From Euglena gracilis (taxonomy: Eukaryota): a stretch of DNA of 64,000 nt. The stretch lies in the NCBI GenBank assembly GCA_039621445.1, contig CP154954.1:29583411-29647410 (forward strand), in the 5' to 3' direction. The notes under the pieces were generated by a model, which worked only from the letters and a program-made list of their open reading frames with translations, was not told where the DNA came from and ran no database searches. The first letter of the stretch is position 1. Every line of letters starts with the position of its first letter. Made by a program: the position numbers and the translations under genes. This document shows, piece after piece, positions 20,810 to 34,149 of the stretch.

Positions 20810-23800
20810 GGTGGAGGCAAAACCTTCATCATCTTGATGACCAGCCAAACTTCAACCCAAAGTTAAAGATTACCCCCTGTGAAATTGCCAGAGTTTGATG
20901 GTGCAAACTGGCCAGAGTTTTTGAAAGATTTTGGATGGTTGAGGAGGTTAACTGATGTTGTTGCACTTGGAAATGTCCAGAAAAAGGATTGGCTGTTGGA
21001 ATGTTGCACCCCCAAGGTGAATAAACTGGTTGAAAAAGTGATGGAAGGGAGTGATGATTTTGCAAAAGTGCTGTTGGAAATTGCAAAATTGTTCCCAACA
21101 CTGGAAAATGACATGACTTTGAGATCTGCCATTGAGAAATTGCCAGCACTTTCACAGAACCCTGAACCCCAAGACATCAAAAAACCTTTCATTGAGTTGC
21201 ACAACTTGATGGCCAGGTTGAGCCCCCAGGTCATGAGTGAACAGGAAAAGTTTCTGGTTTTGCTGAGGAAATTACACCCCAGAATGTATGCAGACATAAG
21301 GGCAGACAGATTTTACAAACATCGTTCTAAGACATTCACAGATTTGAGGAAAACAATTTTGGAAAAAAGTTCTGAAGATTTGTTGGAGAGGGATTTGCTT
21401 AAAAAAGAAAATCTCAGACCCCTGATTGAAAGACCCCTGACCAATCAGAAAAAGTTGGTGAAAGTGTCCCAGAATCTGGAACGTGGAAAATTTGGTGGAA
21501 AAGGAAAAGGCAAAGGAAAAGGCAAAGGCAAGGGTGAAAGAAAATTTGATGACACCCCAGCCCCACGATTTGGAGCAACAATTTTCTGTCGATTTTGTCA
21601 CAAAAAGGGGCATTATGAAGACAGATGTTGGTCAAAAGGAAAGTTTGAGAAAAAGAAGGCGGCAGCCCAGAAGGGGGCAGGCAAAGGGACCCCTTCGGTT
21701 CAACCCCAGGGAGTGCAAACCCAGGTTACCTCCCTGGGTGAGAACCCCAAAAAGAGAAAGGCTGATGCTTTGCAATTGCTCCAGATTGTGTGTAAAACTT
21801 ACCTTTTGCCAGTGAAGGTTTATGGAAAGGATGTTCAAGCCATTTTGGTCACCGGGGCCACCATCACTGCAGTTTCTAAGAAATGTGTTCCTGAGAATAA
21901 AGTTCAGCGGAGTGCTGCGGTACCCCTGCAGATCGGCAACGGGGAGTATATTTTTTGAGAGATTGTGTGAGATGTGTTTGCAGTTTGGGTCCAAGATTTT
22001 GAAACTGTAAGCTGTTGTGGTGGATACATGTGCCTTTGAGGCTTTCTTAGGGACTGACTTCACAGAAAGTGAGTTTTTTGGAGGGTTGCTGACCATACCC
22101 CCCAGAATCATCATCGAAGTTGAGGAGTTTTTACTTCAGAGCCATGATGGGGACCACACCGTCAAAAGAATTTTCAGACTTTTCAAGACAGAAAGCTACA
22201 CTTTGGTCAAGCCAGTGAAGTCAAAAGCTTTGGAAGGATTGAAGATTTCTGAGGGTCAGATTTGCATTGATCTTTTTGCAAACCACCTGAACCACACACA
22301 GTCTTTGTACATGACTAAAGGGAATTCAGCCTACAGGCATTCGTGGGAAAAATTGTTGTGTGACATTGGTGCTTCCAAGTTTCTGTGGGCAAACCCCCCC
22401 TTTCAGACAACTAAGCAAAGCGGTGACTAAGTTGTGCCTTGAAACAAAAATGGTCCTGGTACACCCAGACTGGGTGGACCAGTACTGGTCCCCCCTGCTG
22501 GAAAGGGTAACGGTGGCCAGGGTGAAAATTTCGAGTGGGATTCCCTTATTTGTGGGTGACAGGTGCAAAAAAGGTGCTGCCCTGCCCCTGCGGAACACTT
22601 TTGTGAGTGTGGTGGACAGAGTGCAATTCAAAGTGGATTTTGAGTTTTGGACCCCACAATTGTCAGTTGGCTCAGGAAAGTTTCAAGAAATTGGAGTTTG
22701 TATGAACTGACAGGTGAGATCAGGAAGCACCCCATAGTGGAGGATGAAATTCAAGTGGACTTCCCAGAGGTTCCCGACGTCCCCCAGCAGCAGCAGGCAC
22801 ACCAACCTGCCAATCCATCTGCAGACCAGCAAGTTTTTGAAAGTCCAAGTTTTCCTTTGGAGAGTGTTCCCCCCAAGGAATCAGAAGAAAAGGTGAAAGA
22901 TTCGTTGGACAACGTGGTGGTATTTGAACCGATGAGTGAGCATGAAAACATCAATTTTTTGGCTGAATTGACAAAGGACATTGAAAGTGAGCTGAGTCTT
23001 TTTCAGCAGGTGAGAAAAGATGTGGAGGTGATGTTTTTCCATCTGTCCCAGCCTGTGGAAGGTGTTCAGTTTGCAAAAACTGTGAAGAATCTCAAGGCAA
23101 CAATCAAGATGGATGAACTCAAAAGCATTTCCCAAGTTTTACATGAAAAAGATTTGGACTTTGGAGGCCCAGAAAAAGGCTGATGAAAAAGGCAGCAAAT
23201 TGTTTACTGAGAATCTGAGTGGAGAATTTGAGAGGGAAGTTGAGAAAGTCAGAGACCACCCCAGGCTGTATGAGCTTTTGGTGAAACTTTCTGATGTTTT
23301 TGGACCATTGCCCACAATTTCTGAGTCTTCCCCCCTGCCTGTTTTGATGGACATTGAGCTAAAACCTGAATGGGAAGGGAAACACCTAAGTCAAAAGTGT
23401 TGGCCCATGCCCCAGGAGGATGAAAAAGAATTTGACCTTCCTTGTGAAGAATTGCTAAGTCAGGGTTGATTGAGCAATTCCCCGTTGGTGAAATCCCCCA
23501 GGTGTGCAGCCCCACATTTTTGGTAGACAAAAAAGGGTCAAGTACGAGAAGGATGGTCATTCATTATTGAAAATTGAATTCCAGAAGCAAAGCACATGCA
23601 GGTTTTTTGCCAAACATGGAAATTCTGTTTGAAAGTTTGGCCAAGTGTCGGTTCAAAAGTACCCTGGAAATGAGGAGTGGGTATTGGCAAATCCCAATCA
23701 CAAAAAGAGCAGCAAATTTGTCTGCATTTTGCATTCCTTCAGGGAGGTGTTTTTGTCCGAAAAGGATGATGTTCGGGTTGATGAATGCCCCAGGGATCTT

Positions 23801-25226
23801 TCAGGAGTTGATGGAAATCCTAACCTCCCAGTGCAAAACGGATTTGAGGGTGAGGGAGATTTTGAAAGATGGACACCTGGCTTCTTTTTTCGATGACACA
23901 GGGGTTGGTGCAAACTCTGAGGAGGACCATTTGCATCTTTTGGAAAAGTGGTTTGAAGTTTGCAGAAAGAACCAAGTGAGAGAATCAAATTGAGCAAATG
24001 TTCTTTTCTGAATCAGACTACTGACTACTTGGGCTTCTCGTTGGGATGGGGAATGTGGCAGGCAAACAAGAGGAACATTGAACCAATTCTGAGTTTTCGA
24101 GTTCAGAATCAAAGGGATTTGAGGCGAATTTTGGGTGCCATGAATTTTTATCGCAGACACGTGAAAGGTTTTACTTTGACTCAGCCCCACTGACAGATCT
24201 TCTGAAAAAGAATGTGAAATGGAGGTGGACTGAAAAGGAGGAGAGTTGTTTGAATGCTTTGAAAAGGAAATTATCATCCCTTGATGCTTTGGGTACACCC
24301 AGGAGTTCAGGAGAGATTGTTTTGGTGACTGAAAGTTCGGATTTGGGAGGTGGTTCTGCTTTGTTTCATTTGCAAAATCTCCAACAAACACAAATTCCTG
24401 AGAATTTCCGAACAAGGGGTGTGAAGGTGGATTGGACCCTGAGAAACAACTACCCCAGTGAAATGAGTTTGGTGCCCTTGGGACACTAGAACTGGAAATG
24501 GAGTGAGGCGAGAAAAAAATACACCGCCTGGGAAAAGGAAATTTTGAGTGGTGTGCCGACCATTGCTTCACAAACAAGGTTTTTGCAAAATCTGCCAATG
24601 GTGTGGATGACAGACAATGAGGCAGCCACCTCTGTTCTGAAGGGTGAAACCCCTCTCAACAAAAGGCTGAGAAGGATGTATGTGTTTTTGCACCATTTCA
24701 AACTGAATATCGTTCATGTGGCAGGTTGCAAAAATGAATTGTGTGATTTTTTGTCTCGTGCTGATTTTGAGAACAAATTTGAAATTCGTTTTGAGGAAGA
24801 AGCAAGGAACACTTTTCAGAAAATGGATGTGCAGCTTGACCTGTTTTTGCAAAAGATTTTCAGTTTTTCCCACAGAGTGCAAGTGTCATAAAAGGATTAT
24901 TTGAAATCAGAACTGAAAGAATTTTGGGAGAAAGTGGAGGTTTCAAACCCCTGTTTCATTGACAATGAGTTTTGGTTCAGATCTGAAAAGGCAATAGATT
25001 TCGAAGGAAGGTTGGTTGTTCCATCTCATTTGTTGAAGGTTTGTTTGGATGAATCTCACAAGGCAAGCAACCATGTTGGTGCTGAAAGGACACTGTTGTT
25101 TTTTATGAGTCATTTTCGGTCCGAGGTTTCCAAGAAAGACATGTTGGAAATTTGCAAGGCCACTGTGATGACCTGTCAAATTTGCACCCTTTCAAAACAA
25201 AACCGCCCAAGTGACCGAGGAAACGC
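20810..25226 (+). mobile_element. Ty3/Gypsy LTR retrotransposon, degenerate 5' half: gag-PR-MTase-RT-RNaseH-IN(HHCC)
   Basis: CRFCHKKGHYEDRC knuckle; ILVTGAT protease remnant; RT with MMFGLMNAP and SFFDD; RNase H TDNEA and NELCDFLSR; SHKASNH...CQIC. Confidence 0.92.
22190..22620 (+). pseudogene. Dam-like N6-adenine methyltransferase domain inside the Gypsy pol
   Basis: IDLFANHLN...NSAYRHSW...LWANPPF, then after a frameshift RQLSKAVTKL...VLVHPDW. Confidence 0.8.
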
Positions 25227-28200
25227 ACAGCACAGACGACTGGTCTGTGCTGTCCTCGAGGGACGCCTCCATCTGGGGGGAATGGACCGGCCAAAGAAAA
25301 ATCTACAAAAAAGCGCTCGTGGATCAGTGGTTGGAAAACATCCATATCACTGCGGCCCCCCTTCCCCCTCACCCCCCCGGACGCACCTGGTCTGACCTGG
25401 CGGACGATGAGGTCCAGCTCCTCCTGTACGTACCTTGTGCTCTACCCCAGGGACGGGGTGAAATCTGGTGGCTGCTCCTCTGGCAAAGGCAAAACTGCCA
25501 TAGGGACATCCTCCGCTGTGGGTATGTCGAAGAAAACCTGGGCCCTTCTTCCAGGGGGCCAGCAGGCCAAACAGCCCCCCATATGGGATGAACTGTACTG
25601 GAATGGCCAGCGCTGGAGGTGGCAACGTCTGCGCACCCCGGCCACAGCAGGCCGCCCAGGTCGGCCCAGGGACCGAATTTGCGAAATGCCGCCTGTCCTT
25701 CCAGCACATCAACCTGTCGTCCGGGACGTGCAGTATCATCACTGCCAGGCAGGTAGGCTGTTCGGCAACATCTTTTCGCTCACCACAGTCCGGGAAGATC
25801 ATTGGCGCTGGGATCTACAACACCTGGAATCCCTTCCAAATGAGGAGTGGTGGCTAGTCCGCTGCAAGGTCTGTGGGTGGTCGACTGAACCCCCTTACCC
25901 GGCACCCCTACTGTGCCACCTGCAAATTTGTACACCACCGTCTCTCTCTGACTTGGAAAGCGACTTGGAAGGGGACGATGAACACGACGGAGATGATAAG
26001 CATGCTGACTACTCACACGGACACAGGAAGGTCAACGTCCCTGAATCCAGTAGCCTAGCACCTTCTTCGCCTCATTCATCCACCGGCAGAGGCGATGACA
26101 TCCTCACCGCCGGAGACGTCGAAAGCAATCCGGGCCTAAGAAGCGCCAGTGGACCCCCTGAGGACCTCTCACGCCGAGGGCCACGCGAGGATTTTATGCT
26201 GGACCCCCCGTGGTTCCAGGTGGTGGGCCCTTTCGCCCCACAACCCGCCCACCATCGACGCCTTCGCCGACCAGAACAACACACAGCTAGCCCACTTCTG
26301 GTCACACAGGGAGGACGCCTTCCTCAAGAACTGGAACCTGCCGAACCCCATATGGTGCAACCCGCCTTTTTCCTTGCTCCCTCGTGTTCGGGCAACCTCA
26401 TCCTCCTCGCACCGGACTGGTCCATTGTGCTGGCTGCCCTATGGAGCATCTCCTCGGGCAGCATGACCCTGCCACGGTGCCCTATCTACCGAGCCAGGGG
26501 GACGGCACTGCTCCCGGCCCCGGTCTGGGCAACTGTGGCCCTGCGGATTCACCACCCAGGCCACCATCCACTGAGCAGTGCCCCGGGGCCAGTGAGGCCC
26601 GTCCCCCACACAAGCAACTCGCAACGTCCGCCACGCGTCTCGTACACACCATATCCGCTCGTGCCCCTCCTCTCCCTGAGGCAGCACCGCCTCATCAGAA
26701 AGCGAACAGCCTTACACGGCGGCGAAACATTCCACCTGGGGGACTTTGCGTACCGGACTTTCCTGATCTACCACGACGCCCTCTAGGACATCCAGGGCAC
26801 CTCCCCTCACTGGTGCCAACGCTGTGGACTGTGGCAATGGCCATGGGACTGTCCCACGCTACTCCTCCAACACTTCGCCGCACCCAAAACACCACTTCTC
26901 CGGCCGGCCTTCCGGCTGAACCCCACCCCACGCTCCCTCCTTGGCGCTGTACAAGCCCCACCGGCTGAGACAGCGCCGGCTCTTCCGTCACCAAAAAACG
27001 ACCGTTGTAGTTGTTCGCTAGGCGGTGCCTCACCTTGGGGACTAACTGCGGACGGGGTAGCCTCCTCACCTGTGGGGATGTGGAGGAGAACCCTGTGCCA
27101 GCCAAGCGCCCGGCACCGCCATCCCCCCGCGGCGCGCCAACCGAAACTGAGGCCAGAGAACATGACAACCTTTTCCTGGACCTCGCTCACCCGGAATGTG
27201 ACGCGGCGATGGTTATCGACGGCGCCGGCCAGGAATCCAATCTCCGAGGACAGCCTGCGCACAGCCTGGTGGTTGGCGCTCCCCCCTGCGACATAACCCA
27301 CCTCCTCCAACAGAGAATTCCGACCCTCATCCACCTGCCCTCGGCCTGCCAACAACCTGTCTTTGACACCATGGCAGACGCCATCACGGCATATGTACGA
27401 GCACCCACGGACGCGGCATTGTTCGCCGTGCTCTCCTTCCCCAAGCTTGTCCTCCGCCCTGCGTCAACAACCAAACCACCGCCACCAGCAGAACTGGAGT
27501 CCATCCTGCTGCGACGCGCCAGGGCTATTCCGCGAAGGGGATTACGCTACCCTGCTCACAGAGGCCCAAAAGGACACCCAGACACGACACTCCATTGTGG
27601 ACTCCAGAACACAGCCCACCGCCCTCAGTGAAGCAATGACGAGACGCGTACGCACCCTCACCGCAGAGGGGGCTTCTGCAAAAGCTGTTCAGATTCTGCT
27701 GTCCGAGGGTGCGCACCAACCGGACGACCCAGAGGTCTGGGGCGCCCTGGAAAAGCTACACCCTGTCGGCAGAAATGTTGACACCAACCGCCTGCCGCGT
27801 CACGTCCGCCCTTTCCCCGAGAACCACACCCCTGACTGGGAGGACCGAGTGAAGGAAGCCATCCGTCGCTTCCCACAGGGATCGGCGCCGGGGCCATCTG
27901 GGTTGCGACCAAGCCAGAGACCAGGTCGAGGAGCAAGGCTGATCACTGCCCTCGCACTCCTGACTCAAGTCTGGGTGGACGGCCAGCTACCGCCCCACCA
28001 CGCCGCGGCCTGGTGCTGTGCGAACCTAACGCCGCTCCGCAAAAAGGATAATGGGGTACGTCCGGTGGCGGTTGGGGAAACCATTCGTCGTTTGGTGGGG
28101 AAAGCCCTGCTCCAGACACCAAACGCCAGATCTGAGGTGGCAACCCTCGCCCCTACCCAAGTTGGGGTTGGGGTAGGAAACGCGGCTGAGGCCGTCGTTG

Positions 28201-30430
28201 GGTATGCAACACCTGGTCATTCAGCTAGGGGACACATCGCCCTGGGTATCTCTCCAGGTGGACTACTCCAATGCGTTCAACACGGTGGACCGAGGGGCGA
28301 TCCTGACGGAGGCTGAAACGCGCACCCCCAGCTTGTTCAACTTTCTGAGATTCGGGTACAGTGGGCACGTTCCCTTGTTCTGTGGTGGTCGCTCGATCCT
28401 GTCACAGAGAGGCACCCACCAGGGCTGCCCATTGGGCCCCATAGGGTTCGCTCTCGCGCTGCAGCCTCTGCTGGAACAGATCACCAAAGATGGCCAGCTG
28501 CTGTGGAACAGCTGCTACCTGGACGACGGCTTGCTGGTCGGGACCCCAGACCGGATTGAGCACTGCATTTGTTCCTTGATGCAAGAGTTCCATCGAATAG
28601 GGCTCGGCCTCAACCTGCAGAAGTGCGTCATGTGGGGCCCGGGAGCCAGGAGTACGCTGAGTTGTGAGAGGATGCAAGTGGTCCCTTCTACCCCAGGGGA
28701 AGGCATCACCGTCCTGGGCATCCCAGTTGACCAACCAGCGTCCACAGACACCACACAGATTGCGTGGGAGGTTGCCACCGCCAAAATCGAGAAGGCCGCA
28801 TCCACCATCACGTCCGTCACCGAGGCTCAGGTAGCGCACCATTTGTTTCGGAACTGTCTGGATGGTTGCAAGGTTAACCACCTGCTGCGGGCATCCCACT
28901 CATATGGCAGCCAGGACCAGGTGAGAAGCTGCTCTGAGGTGATTCTGAACTCCTTCGAAGACATACTGGGCACGGCACTGAACACACAACAACGGGCCCA
29001 GGCTTCCCTGCCCTTGTCAAGTGGCAGCTGCGGCCTCCGCATCCCAACCTTCACACAGCCTGCGGCCAGGATTTCTTGCCTTGCAGACTTCTACTCCGAC
29101 GGGGCACGACGGGTTGGTGTTCCCGGCTACGCAACCCTCCCTCATTACGCCTGCCTTGGACGACCTCAGGGGCAGGCTAGGGGCCAATCACGCCACGGTC
29201 ACCACCTTCCTCAGCAACCCTCAACGAATCGCGTCTGCGGATTCAGAACCTCGGAAACAGAAGTGGTGGAATCACGAGCTCGGAAAGAAGACGATGGATG
29301 ACCTGGTGGACCAGGCTCGGCCCCGGGACCAGAACCGCCTCCTCGAACAGGCCACAGGTTTCGGGCATGGTTGGATGGCAGCAACCCCCTCAAACAACTC
29401 CCACACCATTTTCTCCAGCGAAGAGTACACCTTGGGGTTGAAGTGGTGGCTGGGTCTCCTGGTGCTGAACGACGTCAGCCAACCATGCACGGGATGCAAC
29501 CAGCCCCTGGACAAGGAAGGTGACCACCTCCTTTGCTGTTGCAGGAATAACTTCGCCACCCGCCACAACGCTGTTCAGGACGCACTGTTCCAAACCTTGT
29601 CCAACGCGGGTACAGAAGGAGGTTTCCCTGCCAACGGCCCCAGATAGCCACCTCCGCCCGGCCGACCTCCTCCTAGACTGCTGGTCTGACGGGAAGCCGA
29701 AAGCGCTGGATGTCACCGTCCGCCACGGATGGCAGGCGACTGAACACACTGCCACCCGCGAACGGTGGAGATCCTTCCTGAAGAGAAGGGAGGATGCCAA
29801 AAAGCAGAAGTACAACATCCCATGCCAGCAAGCAGGCTGGGGCTTCACGCCCTTCTCCCTGGGAACGTGGGGGGCATGGGGCCCGAGACAGCCAAAACCC
29901 TGAGCCGGGTGGCGAAACGCGCCTCGTCCTGGAAACAGGGGGCGGAACGAGAATTAAAGGAGGCGGAGATTTACCAGAACGTCGCAATCGCCCTACTACG
30001 CGAAGTCTTCCATCTCCTGCAACCCAAGCACATTCTCCGATAAAAAAAAATAAAAAACCCAACAACACACACACACACACACATACACAACCACGACCCA
30101 CCGCCACTCTCCCCGTCAAGCCACGTACCGCTGCCCTGCCCCCGACCACTCTACACTCCAGCACTGCCGTTCCCCTCAGCTCCCCGCTCCCCCACGCCCC
30201 TCTGCCCCTGCGCAACGTATTGAAGGTGGGCCTAGCCCATTTTCCACTCGCCGTCCTATACCCCAGCTGTAAATTATCATAACCGCCTGCGGACCTTCAA
30301 ATCCAGTAGGCTGTGCCACTGGTCGGTGGATTCGGTTCGCCCCACCACCGTACTTCTTCCAGATGGCTGAGGTAAATAGGTCAGCAAATAGTTCGCACAT
30401 GCCCCCCATGCTGGAGGACGCACACCACAA
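25227..30430 (+). mobile_element. Element D: 5'-truncated, degenerate paralog of element B, including RT, RLE and 3' UTR (3' boundary approximate)
   Basis: Collinear with 6760-11478; decayed 2As at 25499, 26085 and 27050; CYLDDG; CTGC...HLLCC, RHNAV, RPADL, LDVTV, KKQKY; stop at 30043. Confidence 0.9.
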
Positions 30431-30439
30431 AACAAAATG

Positions 30440-33400
30440 GCTTTACTGTTTTTCAAGCACTGATGTTCAACACGAATTGTCCACAAAAAGGTTCAGAACG
30501 ACAAATGTCAACACAAAGGAAGGTAAAAGAGGTTACTTCCGACTTTCACCGTGGTCCCTTCGCTTCGTGGTTGGCTTGCCATTTAAAGAAAGCCTTCAAA
30601 GGTCAGACAACAATCCACCCATGGCGAGGAGGGTTGGTGTCTCCTGACCCGAAAAACCATCCAAAAGGCCCCCCCGGGGGGCTTGACTTTCCTCCCGCGT
30701 GACTGAAAGCGTGATCAAAACATTTGGGGGGAGGCCAGGCTGTCTCTTGAGATGCCAACCGCCATTCACATTCTAAAACGTTGCCAAACATTCCGAGTGC
30801 CTGGCGTAGGATCGATTGTAAATTGTGATCCACGCAATAATTCTTGAAAACCTCATTCATTCTGCCTCCTGGTTGCACAAACGAAGCCACAGGCTCCCAT
30901 GTACTGCTGTTTGCCGGAGAATTCTCCCACCAAACCAAAATTTTTCATCCCCCTTGGTACTTCTGCTTCAACATCTTGCAAACATTGTAAAAACCCAGTT
31001 GTGCTTGTTATCCTTCTGACATCTGAAGGGGGGGGTTCCCCTCCCTGGTCTGGCATGGGAGTGTCACCCTCCACTGGGTCTCCCACAACCACATCACCGG
31101 TCAAAAGGCCTGGGTCTTCTTCCAAAAGATTTTCTTCATTCAAAGCAATCTCCCACTTTTTTCACAAACCCAAAGAAACATCAATGACCCCTCCCAAAGG
31201 TGGACTGCTTGCAATTTGCACTGAATTGAACCTCGATTTGAGAACCCGAAAAGGTCCTCGCCTGGGGGGGGAAGCTTGGGCCATGATTTGTTTGGCCATC
31301 TTTTGTTGTGAACCAAAACATAGTCATCTTCTTGTATTTTTGCTGGTAAACCCCCCCAAATATAAGACACCCCTCACTATAAGACACCCCCCAAATATAA
31401 GACACCCTTTGGGGATTTTCGGGTCGACACCCAAATATAAGACACCCCCTAACTAACGAAAAAAAGTGTCCAGTTATGGCCGTCTCAGTTTGGTCAATGT
31501 GTTTCCAGACATCTGCCACACAACCACTGAAGTGAAAAAGCGGTCACATGCAAAAATCATGTCACACAGGGTGGCATTCACAACTCGACAATTCCTCATC
31601 AAAAGTGAATTGACAATTGACTGTTTTGGCAACCGTCCAGGCGCATTTGCGCCGGGATGATTGTGTGTGGAAGGCAAAAAATGTGCTGTTTCTCTGAAGA
31701 TCCAGGCGCAAATGCGCCTAGAATTTTCTTGTCAGCCACAATTACGTCCCATTTTTTGAAATGTCAATTCGCAATTAATCTTATGTTTGAATTATATTTA
31801 TCGTCATTTGTCCTTTTCAAATTTCGATGTGATAGGACTCCAAAAATATGACAGCATTTTTTTTGTGTTCATGTGCACTAATCTGTACGGGGGCGTTCCA
31901 CAAAGTAGTCTGTTGAGTCAGTGAAGTAAGTGCTTGCGTTCAAGACTCGTGACTACATACTTCCGAGCTTGTTTTGAATGTTGTTTTACCTTTTTTCATC
32001 TGTTTTTGGGACCACCAAATTGGCCTCTTTTTTGAGTGCGTTCAGGCGCAATTGCGCCTAGATTTGAGTGAGGCCCCATCCAACAGCATAACTCATGTAA
32101 AGATCTCGTCTGATTGAAAAGAACATATTTCAGGCGCATTTGCGCCTCAACTACCTATGTTGCTCCTTTTTTGAACCTCATTTCCCCTAGTTCTTAACTA
32201 ATTCCGTAGAAATCATTGGGTTTTGTGACAAAAAGATTTCCAAGAATTTTGCTTTCTATGGTGAAGTTGTGGCGTTATTTGGGCTTTGAAGATTGACATT
32301 TTGCAAAAGACCCTTTTTAGGGCTATTTTCTCAAGCCACAATTCCAGGCGCAATTTGATTTTTTAGTGTCCAGTTACGGCCGTCTAAGCCTAAATATAAG
32401 ACACCCCTGGGCCGGCACCTACTTCTCTAAATATAAGACACCCCCCATGAAAGGCCTTCCACGGTGAGTGTGGAGCAGCAAGTCTCAAGGCGCGATGAAG
32501 CAACTGCTTTTTGGGTGTAGCAGATCAAGGTTGAGAATCTTTTATTTTGAACAGCAAGAAAGCGACCAATCCGCAAGTGGTGATGAATGACGTTCAGGCA
32601 AATGTGCCAGTGTTCCTATTTTCCAATTTCTAGAAAATGAGGCAGTCCGTTGTGCCAAGTTCATCACCACTTGCAGATTGGTCGCTTTCAGCATACACAC
32701 TCTCCAAAGAGTCGGAAGACGACCCATCAGACATCAAGAAAGCCCTACATATGAAGGTACGAGGACATTAGCACAACAACATACTTGCTGGAAAAGTGTC
32801 CAAATATAAGACCCCCCTCAGTCATCCGCCTGAGATCCAAATATAAGACACCCCCCAAATATAAGACACCCTTTGGCGAAATTGGTCGACACCCAAATAT
32901 GAGACACCGGTGTCTTATATTTGGGGGGGGGTTTACCCTCCCTTTGTTGGCACTCTCAAAATCTTTTTTTCTCAATTCTTTCAATCCCTGGGAAGGTCTT
33001 TCTTGAATTTCAATTTGGGTCAAAAGCCAGGAGTGGGTTTCTGGGTTTGTCACCGGTTCTGGGAGTAATTCAAACCTTCAAGCTGGTGTTCCCAAAAACA
33101 TTTCATGGGGTGCGATTCAGATAGCCCAGTGTTTTTTACCTGACAAAGTTTAAAGCTCTAGACGTGAAATTATCGTTTTCGCTACCCCGGAACCCCATTT
33201 CAAACGGTTTGGTTGAAAATGTCAACAAAATGTTTTTGCAGAACATGAGAGCTTTGAGCCCTTCTTCCAAGGACAAAAATTAGGTTCAACTGATTCCCTG
33301 TCGTTGTCAGACCTCACAACGGACGGTATTCCAAAAACATAAATCCACTGGTCCAAAATAAGCCTCAAAACACCTTCTCCGGTTACCGTTTTCTGTGAGG

Positions 33401-33512
33401 GGATGAATTGGCAAAAATGGGACAAATTGTCAACCAAAGTCAGCACATTGTCAAAACCATTGTAGGGGTCCATTTGCGCAAAGTCCAAACACAAAACTTC
33501 ATTGCTCACTGT
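30440..33512 (-). mobile_element. Gypsy 3' half in inverted orientation: integrase core, chromodomain, probable LTR remnant
   Basis: VLCLDFAQM...LVDNLS...GIPSVVRSDND; DYVLV; VWWENSPANSSTWEP chromodomain. Confidence 0.85.
31349..32933. mobile_element. Non-autonomous Tc1/mariner/pogo-like element with a TA target-site duplication, inserted in the integrase
   Basis: TIR AACCCCCCCAAATATAAGACACC with many internal AAATATAAGACACCC repeats. Removal restores NKGRVPAKIQEDDYVLV. Confidence 0.85.
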
Positions 33513-33802
33513 GGGCCACAAATGGGCAGCCAAATGGGGACCCAGATGGGCATGAACATCCACCATGAGTGCCAGTGCAACAGCCAACAACCACCAATGG
33601 CTGCAGCTCCCCACCGACCTGCTGCGACAGCTGCTGGTGCAAATCATGTTGCTGCTGTTTGGAAATGTTACAAATCAAAATACCAGCAACATGCCCAATG
33701 CTGTCTCACAATTAATGGCCCCCCAAGCTGGAACATTTGGACCCTTTCCCCCACAAGTGCTCCCCCTTGTGCCTTGCCCTGTGCCCTGCCCAGGCCAAAG
33801 GG
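33513..33802 (+). mobile_element. Fragment of the B/D-family 5' region
   Basis: Close match to 6246-6536. Confidence 0.85.
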
Positions 33803-34149
33803 TGGGGGTTCGGCTCATACCGCGAATTAGTTCGGATTCCCGAATCTCCTGATTTCAGAAGGGGGTGGGTCTGGTTCTCGCTTGTAATCCCGACTCATCA
33901 TCCGAAAACTAGTCCATTGGGACTGGTAATGCTAATGGGGGGACCACCACATGAGCGGAAACGCGGGTAGGTGGCAATGTGTCTGTGGACTCGGGGATTG
34001 GTGCGCGAATGGCGCTTTTTGAGCTGGAAGATGCGGCAAATGTGCCAACCACACCCGATTGCGGGTTTTGATGGATGGAACGCAGCTGTGCATGAATTTG
34101 GTCCAAATTTGTTGCAAACTCATGCACACTTTGCTCCAAATGGTCAACC

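Noticed and set aside
31349-32933. AAATATAAGACACCC repeats as a CRISPR array
   Set aside because: Irregular spacing, inverted terminal copy, TA duplication, no cas genes and a eukaryotic context: these are transposon subterminal repeats.
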